Of a stretch of DNA of 64,000 nt, positions 56,901 to 64,000 are shown in pieces. Under the pieces are notes generated by a model. The model made no database searches and was not told the DNA's origin. It worked only from the letters and a program-made list of their open reading frames with translations. The number at the start of each line of letters is the position of its first letter. Position 1 is the first letter of the stretch. A program made the translations under genes and the position numbers. Location: IMG/VR virus record IMGVR_UViG_3300028423_000356, positions 1-64,000 of that record. One strand, given 5' to 3'. The DNA comes from a virus.

Positions 56901-57515
56901 ATGTCAAATATAATATTAAAAAAATCTTCAGTTACAGGTAAAATACCAGGTATTGATGATTTGAACTATGGTGAATTAGCAATAAACTATCAAGATGGTA
57001 AAATATTTTATAAAACCGCTTCAAATGAAATAAAATCTTTTTTAGATTCAGATAACATTGAACAATTAGTTAATTACGCCAATGTTAATTTTGGTATAAA
57101 TTTAGGAAGTGATTCAAATCAACCTTTAGACTACTATGATGAAAATACTTTTACACCTGAAATTGTAAATAATAGCATATCTTACAACGTCCAAAATGGT
57201 GAATACACAAGAATAGGTAATATGGTTCACGTTGATATTACAATTGATGTATCATCATTAGATAAAACTGATACTTCAACATTTAAAATTAACGCTTTAC
57301 CATTTTTACCAAAATCAGATATAAACCCTTTAATGTATACAGTGAATGCTGGTAGGAGTAATTTATTAAATGGTCCACTAGAGTTAGAATTTGAATCTGA
57401 TAATAGTAGTTATTTACTAGGAACATCACAAAGTGGGGTTTTTGTGAGTTATGATGAATCGACTTTCAATTCTTCTGGTCAAATTTTTCTATCCCTTTCA
57501 TATAGAACTTCGTGA
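56901..57515 (+). CDS. Short fibre-like protein
   Basis: LKKSSV.GK.P..L.YGELAIN..DG; G.YTRIGNMV. Confidence 0.75.
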   Translation: MSNIILKKSSVTGKIPGIDDLNYGELAINYQDGKIFYKTASNEIKSFLDSDNIEQLVNYANVNFGINLGSDSNQPLDYYDENTFTPEIVNNSISYNVQNGEYTRIGNMVHVDITIDVSSLDKTDTSTFKINALPFLPKSDINPLMYTVNAGRSNLLNGPLELEFESDNSSYLLGTSQSGVFVSYDESTFNSSGQIFLSLSYRTS

Positions 57516-57527
57516 TTAATTTTTAAT

Positions 57528-57535
57528 TATAAATA
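57528..57535 (+). promoter_or_regulatory. T4-type late promoter
   Basis: TATAAATA. Confidence 0.75.
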
Positions 57536-57563
57536 ATTTAAAACAACTTAATAGGAATAAAAT

Positions 57564-58322
57564 ATGGCACAACCAACATCAAGAGATACATTGATAGAAT
57601 ATTGTTTAAGAAGACTTGGTGCTCCAGTATTGGAAATTAATGTCGATCCCGATCAAATTGATGATAAAGTTGATGATGCTCTACAAACATATAGACGTTT
57701 CCATTCTGAAGGAACATATAGAACTTATATATCTACTGAATTAACAGATAGTGATGTTGATAATAGATATATTGAACTACCTTCAGATGTGATGTATGTA
57801 ACAAGAGTGTTCCCAATGTCCGTAACGGGTGGTTCACAATCAAGAAACTTTTTTGATGTTAAATATCAAATTATGTTGAATGATATAACATCAATGCATT
57901 CTTATATAGGTGACTTGGCGTATTATGAACAAGTTATGCAATATCTTTCATTGATAGATATGAAACTATCTGGTTCTATTCAAGCTGATTATTCAAGAGT
58001 TCAGAATAGATTGTATATTTATGGTGAATTCGCTAATAAAGATATGGAAGCAGGAGATTATGTAGTTGTTGAGGTGTTTAGGGCACAAGATCCACAAGAA
58101 GCAACTAAGATATGGTCTGATTCTTTTATAAAGGATTATACAACCGCACTTATAAAACAACAGTGGGGTATGAATATGATGAAATTTGAAGGTATGCAAC
58201 TTCCAGGTGGTGTACAATTCAGTGGTCGTCAATATTATGAAGATGCAACTGAAGAACTACAAATGTTAAGACAAAGAATGCGTGATGAATATGAGTTACC
58301 ACCTGATTTCTTGGTTGGATAA
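57564..58322 (+). CDS. gp13: Neck protein gp13
   Basis: YCLRRLGAPVLEINV..QWG..KF.GMQLPGG. Confidence 0.95.
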   Translation: MAQPTSRDTLIEYCLRRLGAPVLEINVDPDQIDDKVDDALQTYRRFHSEGTYRTYISTELTDSDVDNRYIELPSDVMYVTRVFPMSVTGGSQSRNFFDVKYQIMLNDITSMHSYIGDLAYYEQVMQYLSLIDMKLSGSIQADYSRVQNRLYIYGEFANKDMEAGDYVVVEVFRAQDPQEATKIWSDSFIKDYTTALIKQQWGMNMMKFEGMQLPGGVQFSGRQYYEDATEELQMLRQRMRDEYELPPDFLVG

Positions 58323-58333
58323 AGGAATAGATT

Positions 58334-59194
58334 ATGGCAAGAAATTTTTATTTTTCACAAGGTGTAAAATCTGAACAAAATCTTTATGAAGATTTAATTA
58401 TAGAATCTCTTAAGATTTATGGTCAGGATGTATATTATTTACCACGTGAAATTGTTGATGAAGATAAACTTTTGGGTGAAGACGATCCATCAAGATTTGA
58501 AGAATCTTATAAAATTGAAATGTATATCGAAAACACAGAAGGTTTTGAAGGTGAAGGTGATTTGTTTACTAAGTTTGGTATAGAGATAAGAGATCAAGCA
58601 TCATTTATAGTTTCACGTAAAAGATGGAGAAATACTGTTGGTGATAACAGTAATACCATAGAGATAGATAGACCAAGAGAGGGTGATTTAATATATTTAG
58701 AATTATCACAATCATTATTTGAAATAAAACATGTTGAAAATGAAACACCATTCTACCAGTTAAAAAACCTACCAACATTCAGAATGCAATGTGAACTATT
58801 TGAGTATACAAATGAAGACTTTGATACAAATATTGAAGAAATAGATGATATAGATAATAGATATGCATATGAATATGTATTGGAAATGGAAACTAATGAT
58901 TATGAATTCCAAGTAGGCGAAGATATTAATCAGTTTTTACCATCTGGTATAACAATGTCTGGTGAAGTATCTCACTGGAATCCAGAAACAAGAATATTAA
59001 GAGTTATACACGTTGGTGCTGATGATGGTGATTATCACGAATTGGTATCACAAGTTCCTATTAATGGTATTAATGTATTGAATGTATCAGAAGATTTACA
59101 ACAAACCGATACAGAACAAAACCAAATAATATCTGATGATGCAATAAATATTTTAGATTTCAGTGAAACAAATCCGTTTGGAGAACCAGAATAA
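58334..59194 (+). CDS. gp14: Neck protein gp14
   Basis: EQxLYEDL..YLPR..RPREGDLIY..DFSETNPFG. Confidence 0.95.
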   Translation: MARNFYFSQGVKSEQNLYEDLIIESLKIYGQDVYYLPREIVDEDKLLGEDDPSRFEESYKIEMYIENTEGFEGEGDLFTKFGIEIRDQASFIVSRKRWRNTVGDNSNTIEIDRPREGDLIYLELSQSLFEIKHVENETPFYQLKNLPTFRMQCELFEYTNEDFDTNIEEIDDIDNRYAYEYVLEMETNDYEFQVGEDINQFLPSGITMSGEVSHWNPETRILRVIHVGADDGDYHELVSQVPINGINVLNVSEDLQQTDTEQNQIISDDAINILDFSETNPFGEPE

Positions 59195-59949
59195 TGTTAG
59201 GCACTTATTTTTATCATAAAAGAATACGAAAATCAGTTGCAGTGTTTGGTTCACTGTTCAACAATATATACGTGTTGCGTTCAGGAGCAAATGGTGAAGT
59301 ATTCAACCAACAAAAAGTTCCTTTATCTTATGCTCCTCGTGAAAAATTCTTAGATAGAATTAGAGAAAATGAAGATTTACAATCAGACACTAAAGTTGCA
59401 GTAAAATTGCCCAGAATGTCCTTTGAAATGTTGGCAATTGATTATGACCCTCAAAGACAACTACCAAAAACAAATAAATTTAAAAGATTAAATGAAGAAT
59501 ATGGTCCAGCAAATATATACACACCAGTTCCATATAATATAACATTTCAATTAAATATATTAGCAAAACAACAAGAAGATGCTTTACAAATTGTGGAACA
59601 AATAATACCATTTTTTAATCCACAGTATTCTGTTTCTATTAAACCCATTGATGAATATCCAGAATTAATTGAGGATACACCAATTATATTGAATGGTGTT
59701 ACATTTTTAGATGATTATGAGGGAAGTTTAGAAGATAGAAGAACTATTTTATACACTTTAGATTTTACTATGAAAATTAATTTCTATGGTAGTATTGATA
59801 CTAATGAAACATTGATTACTAAGTCAATAGTTGATATACAAGATACAAGAGATGGTAGTGGTTCAAGGATAACAGTAGTTCCAGACCCTGCAGATGCTTC
59901 ACCTGACAGTGACTACGGATTTAATGTTACAATCGATCCTATTGAATAA
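59194..59949 (+). CDS. gp15: Tail sheath stabiliser/terminator gp15
   Basis: YFYH..FGSLFN..VPLSY..LPRMSFE..EQI.PFF.P. Confidence 0.95.
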   Translation: MLGTYFYHKRIRKSVAVFGSLFNNIYVLRSGANGEVFNQQKVPLSYAPREKFLDRIRENEDLQSDTKVAVKLPRMSFEMLAIDYDPQRQLPKTNKFKRLNEEYGPANIYTPVPYNITFQLNILAKQQEDALQIVEQIIPFFNPQYSVSIKPIDEYPELIEDTPIILNGVTFLDDYEGSLEDRRTILYTLDFTMKINFYGSIDTNETLITKSIVDIQDTRDGSGSRITVVPDPADASPDSDYGFNVTIDPIE

Positions 59950-59964
59950 ATAAAGGAGAATGAT

Positions 59965-60144
59965 ATGATTGATAAAGAATTAAGAGAAGAAAGACTAAGA
60001 GTATGTGAAACTTGTGAATTTTATAATGATAAAAGAACTATAGCAGGATTAAGAGATGTTAGATGTGATGCTTGTGGATGTAATCTAAAATTAAAAGCAT
60101 ACATAAAAATGTCTAAATGTCCAAAAGATAAATGGAAAAGATAA
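59965..60144 (+). CDS. Small Cys-rich protein (not in ORF track)
   Basis: AAGGAG RBS; CxxC..CxxCGC..K..CPxxKW. Confidence 0.75.
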   Translation: MIDKELREERLRVCETCEFYNDKRTIAGLRDVRCDACGCNLKLKAYIKMSKCPKDKWKR

Positions 60145-60555
60145 ATGACTAAAGATTCTGATAATACTCAAGTTACATTAATTGAAGAGGATAAAACTGC
60201 TCAAGAAGATATTGAGTTTGTTAGAAATTCATATTACAATCTCATAAACTATGGAAATGAAGCACTTGAAGAAATGATAGAAGTTGCCAAATCAACAGAA
60301 CATCCTCGTGCTTATGAAGTGTTATCAAATATGTTGAAACATGTTTCAGAACTTAATGGAAATCTACTAGATTTACATAAAAAGAAAAAAGAAATAAATA
60401 AAGAAGAACAAGAAAAAATATTAGAAAATAATAAAACAACCAATAATTTATTCGTAGGTTCAACAACCGAACTACAAAAAATGTTATCAAAGGTGAATGA
60501 TGATAACAATAATTCTCAAGAAGATATTATTGATGTAACACCAGAAGAAGATTAA
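60145..60555 (+). CDS. gp16: Terminase small subunit gp16
   Basis: D.E..R..A..HPRAYEV..NNLFVGSTTELQKML. Confidence 0.92.
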   Translation: MTKDSDNTQVTLIEEDKTAQEDIEFVRNSYYNLINYGNEALEEMIEVAKSTEHPRAYEVLSNMLKHVSELNGNLLDLHKKKKEINKEEQEKILENNKTTNNLFVGSTTELQKMLSKVNDDNNNSQEDIIDVTPEED

Positions 60556-60556
60556 T

Positions 60557-62179
60557 ATGAATGAAAGAAGTGATTCATACTTAGGTAATCCAAATGTTAA
60601 ACGTGATGGTGTGTCAACACCATTTACCCAAGAACAAATCTTGGAATACAAAAAATGTATGGATGACCCAGTATATTTTGCAAAAAAATATTGTAAAGTT
60701 GTTTCTCTTGATGAAGGTCTCATAGATTTTGATCTATATCCTTATCAAGAAAAAATGTTTAATCAATTTAATGAAAATAGATTTAATATTGTATTAGCTT
60801 GTCGTCAGTCAGGTAAATCAATTTCTTCAGTTGCATATCTCTTGTGGTTTGGTATTTTTCATTCTGAAAAAACAATCGTAATTCTTGCCAACAAAGGTGC
60901 AACTGCAAAGGAAATGTTAGCAAGAATTACCATAATGCTTGAAAATTTACCTTTTTTCATTCAACCTGGATGTAAAGCATTAAACAAACACACAATAGAA
61001 TTTTCCAATAATTCAAGGATAGTTGCTGCAGCAACATCAGCATCATCAATTCGTGGTATGTCCGCTTCATTACTTTATTTGGACGAATTTGCTTTCGTTG
61101 AAAATGCATCTGAATTCTATACATCCACTTATCCAGTTATCACGTCAGGTAAAAGCACAAAGGTTATTATAACATCAACGGCAAATGGTGTAGGCAACAT
61201 GTTCCATAAATTATGGGAAGGTGCTGTTCAGGGTGTTAATGAATACATACCATTTAGAGTAGATTGGTGGGATGTTCCTGGGAGAGATGAAAAATGGAAA
61301 GAACAAACTATTAATAATACATCTGAAATACAATTCGACCAAGAATTTGGAAATACATTCTTTGGAACAGGTGATACCCTTATTGAGTCATCCGCTCTTT
61401 TAGAACAAAAAAGGATGCATTATAAACACCTATTGGAAAATAATTGTTTAAGAATATATGAAGAACCAGAAATAGGACATGAATATATAATGACAGTTGA
61501 TGTATCAAAGGGTGTTGGGGGTGACTATTCAACATTTAATATAATAGATGTTACATCAAGACCATTTAGACAAGTTGCAGTATATAGAAATAATAAAATA
61601 TCACCTGTGTTATTCCCAAATATAATTGTTAAGTATGCTGAAAAATATAATAAATGTTATGTTGTAGTTGAAAACAATGATCAGGGTGCTGTTGTATGTA
61701 ATGGTATATATTTTGATTTAGAATACGAAAATTTCTATATGGAATCATCAACAAAATCAACAGGTTTGGGTGTAACTATGAATAAAAAAGTGAAAAGACT
61801 TGGTTGTTCAGCGATTAAAGATATTGTTGAAAATCGCAAAATAAATATTGTTGACGATGAAACCATCATAGAAATGTCAACCTTTGTCTCGAAAGGACAT
61901 TCATTTGAGGCATCTCAAGGTAATCACGATGATTTAATGATGAATCTTGTATTGTTTGGGTATTTTACTAACACACAGTTTTTTGGTGATTTAATAGGTG
62001 TTAATATGAAATCGGTATTATTTGATAAAGAAGTTAATGAAATAGATGAAAACATAGTTCCCTTTGGTTTTATTGATGATGGATTAGATGATGCACTAAC
62101 AGCTGAAGAACATTTGGAAAGAACATATGATTGGTCATTAAATACGGTTTATGAGACTGAAGAATGGGGTAATTTTTAA
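60557..62179 (+). CDS. gp17: Terminase large subunit gp17
   Basis: YLGNPNVK, RQSGKS, LYLDEFAF, STANG and HDDL motifs. Confidence 0.97.
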   Translation: MNERSDSYLGNPNVKRDGVSTPFTQEQILEYKKCMDDPVYFAKKYCKVVSLDEGLIDFDLYPYQEKMFNQFNENRFNIVLACRQSGKSISSVAYLLWFGIFHSEKTIVILANKGATAKEMLARITIMLENLPFFIQPGCKALNKHTIEFSNNSRIVAAATSASSIRGMSASLLYLDEFAFVENASEFYTSTYPVITSGKSTKVIITSTANGVGNMFHKLWEGAVQGVNEYIPFRVDWWDVPGRDEKWKEQTINNTSEIQFDQEFGNTFFGTGDTLIESSALLEQKRMHYKHLLENNCLRIYEEPEIGHEYIMTVDVSKGVGGDYSTFNIIDVTSRPFRQVAVYRNNKISPVLFPNIIVKYAEKYNKCYVVVENNDQGAVVCNGIYFDLEYENFYMESSTKSTGLGVTMNKKVKRLGCSAIKDIVENRKINIVDDETIIEMSTFVSKGHSFEASQGNHDDLMMNLVLFGYFTNTQFFGDLIGVNMKSVLFDKEVNEIDENIVPFGFIDDGLDDALTAEEHLERTYDWSLNTVYETEEWGNF

Positions 62180-62196
62180 TTGTATTTTCTTAAAAA

Positions 62197-62210
62197 TATA
62201 AATATAAATA
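62197..62210 (+). promoter_or_regulatory. Tandem T4-type late promoters
   Basis: TATAAATATAAATA. Confidence 0.75.
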
Positions 62211-62277
62211 TGAAAAACGAAATTGAATTCCTTATAATGATAAAACTTATAATTAAAACTCTAGAGAGGTAAAAACA

Positions 62278-63957
62278 ATGGCTTTATTTAACCCTTCCGC
62301 TTCTCCTGCAGTTGTTGTTCGTGAAGTAGACTTAACAGGTGGTGTACCTAATGTCCAATCTTCAACAGGTGTATTCGTAGGTAACTTTAACTGGGGTCCA
62401 GTATTACAAAGAACATTAATAGGTTCTGAATCTGGTCTAGCAGAAACTTTCACAACACCAAATAAAACAAATGCAAGAGACTTTATTTCAGCTGCGAAAT
62501 TTTTGACTTATTCGCAAGCTCTATATGTAACAAGAATCATAGATGAAAATGCTTCTAATGCTTATACTGATATCAATGAACTAATTGATTCGGACAACAT
62601 TTCATCAGCATTTGATTCAGCAGATTATAAAAAAATAACAATAAGAAACGAAGAAGAATTTGAAATACTTAAAATGTCCTTAGATGTGATTTCAGCAAAT
62701 TGGATTGCTAGATTTCCGGGTGCTTTAGGTAATTCATTAAAAGTATCATACCATTCTGGTGGAACTGGATTTGAAAATTGGGAATATTCTGATTTTTTCG
62801 ATGCTGCACCAAATAATGACGAAGTTCATGTTGTGGTAGTAGATGAAAATGGTTTATTCACTGGTAGTGAAAACACAGTTCTTGAAACTTATCAATTTGT
62901 TTCAAAAGACCCAATTGCTAAAAACCCAAATGGTACTACAAATTATATTAATGATGTGATAAATAACAAATCACAATATGTGTATTTCACAGGTTCAGCA
63001 GATTCATTTTCAGGATCTGAATCAAAATCATTTGATATGGGTAACGATTCATCATCTATAGGTGTTGATGAATACCAAATAGGATTTGATTTATATAATG
63101 ATATAGAAACAGTAACTATCGATTTTTTAATTTCACCAAGTATGGTTAACAGAACTGACCATGTTACTATGGTTAATTATTTGGTAAGTATTGCAGAAGG
63201 TGAACGTAAAGATTGTGTTGTAATAACATCACCAGCAGTTTCAGATATGGATGAATTCAATCCTGACAATATAAACACTAATATTATCGAAACATCAAAG
63301 GGATACACACGTTCATCATATTTAGTTGCTGAAAACAACTTTTTAAAGGTATATGATAAATATAACGATCAATATATCGATATTCCTGCTGCTTCTTCAA
63401 CTGCTGGTATTATGGCAGCAACTGACTTAAATGCAGCACCTTGGTTTTCCCCAGCAGGAACAAGACGTGGAAACTACTTGGGTGTAACAACTCTTAAATA
63501 CAATCCAACAAAAAAACATAGAGATGAACTTTATAAAGTTGGTGTAAACCCAATTGCTAATATTCCGGGTCAAGGTATTCTTCTATATGGAGATAAAACT
63601 TTCCTCGCAAGACCTTCAGCATTTGATAGAATTAATGTTCGTCGTCTATTTTTAGTTCTTGAAAGAGCAATTTCAAGAGCAGCAAAAAATGTAATTTTTG
63701 AACTTAACGATGAGTTCACTCGTGCCGAATTTGTTAACATTGTGGAACCTGTTCTACGTGAAGTACAAGGTCGTCGTGGACTAACAGACTATAAAGTTGT
63801 TTGTGATGAAACAAATAACACTCCAGCTGTTGTAGATCGCAATGAGTTCGTAGCAAACATCTTCATCAAACCAACACGTTCAATCAACTTTGTAACACTA
63901 AACTTTGTTGCAGTTAGATCTGGTGTGTCATTTGAAGAAGTTGTTGGAACAGTATAA
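62278..63957 (+). CDS. gp18: Tail sheath protein gp18
   Basis: SP.V.VREVDLT, WFSPAG.RRG, FDRINVRRLF and IKP.RSINF motifs. Confidence 0.97.
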   Translation: MALFNPSASPAVVVREVDLTGGVPNVQSSTGVFVGNFNWGPVLQRTLIGSESGLAETFTTPNKTNARDFISAAKFLTYSQALYVTRIIDENASNAYTDINELIDSDNISSAFDSADYKKITIRNEEEFEILKMSLDVISANWIARFPGALGNSLKVSYHSGGTGFENWEYSDFFDAAPNNDEVHVVVVDENGLFTGSENTVLETYQFVSKDPIAKNPNGTTNYINDVINNKSQYVYFTGSADSFSGSESKSFDMGNDSSSIGVDEYQIGFDLYNDIETVTIDFLISPSMVNRTDHVTMVNYLVSIAEGERKDCVVITSPAVSDMDEFNPDNINTNIIETSKGYTRSSYLVAENNFLKVYDKYNDQYIDIPAASSTAGIMAATDLNAAPWFSPAGTRRGNYLGVTTLKYNPTKKHRDELYKVGVNPIANIPGQGILLYGDKTFLARPSAFDRINVRRLFLVLERAISRAAKNVIFELNDEFTRAEFVNIVEPVLREVQGRRGLTDYKVVCDETNNTPAVVDRNEFVANIFIKPTRSINFVTLNFVAVRSGVSFEEVVGTV

Positions 63958-63972
63958 TAAGGAGATATAACA

Positions 63973-64000
63973 ATGGCTTTTAGAATTAATGAATTTAAAG
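63973..64000 (+). CDS. gp19: Tail tube protein gp19, 5' end (truncated by the window)
   Basis: AAGGAG RBS, MAFRINEFK, directly after gp18. Confidence 0.6.

Noticed and set aside
60557-62179. Intron or intein in the terminase
   Set aside because: The ORF is a continuous 540 aa with normal motif spacing.

Overview
This is an AT-rich segment of a large T4-like myovirus genome. An alphaproteobacterial host is plausible but is inferred only from promoter shape, the endolysin type and the sRNA-like array. Bases 1-26,000 are accessory and replication genes. They include four DNA methyltransferases, a dATP/dGTP diphosphohydrolase, a PD-(D/E)XK-like ORF, RNase H, glutaredoxin, a five-gene glycosyltransferase cluster, a DenV-like glycosylase, a degenerate aldolase, an M15 endolysin, gp33 and gp32. 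Ten TTGA(C/A)x-N17-TATATT promoters drive this part. Bases 26,000-64,000 are the morphogenesis module with T4-type TATAAATA late promoters: tape measure, gp51/gp26/gp54/gp2/gp4 (minus strand), gp48, gp53, a split gp5, gp25, gp6-8, VrlC-like, collar/PKD fibres and gp13-19. The main unexplained signals are: (1) about 47 Asp-Ser-Asp motifs in late/virion-module proteins together with the glycosyltransferase cluster, a candidate virion O-glycosylation system; (2) five tandem hairpins with anti-Shine-Dalgarno loops at 17-250; (3) 12 frame-independent TCAACCT repeats inside two genes, faced by an antisense promoter (candidate origin); (4) a probable -1 frameshift fusing gp26 to gp51; (5) a small early protein resembling a gp23 capsid fragment; (6) several pseudoenzymes and a tRNA-like RNA lacking a canonical anticodon loop. 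All calls were made by eye, with no database searches.
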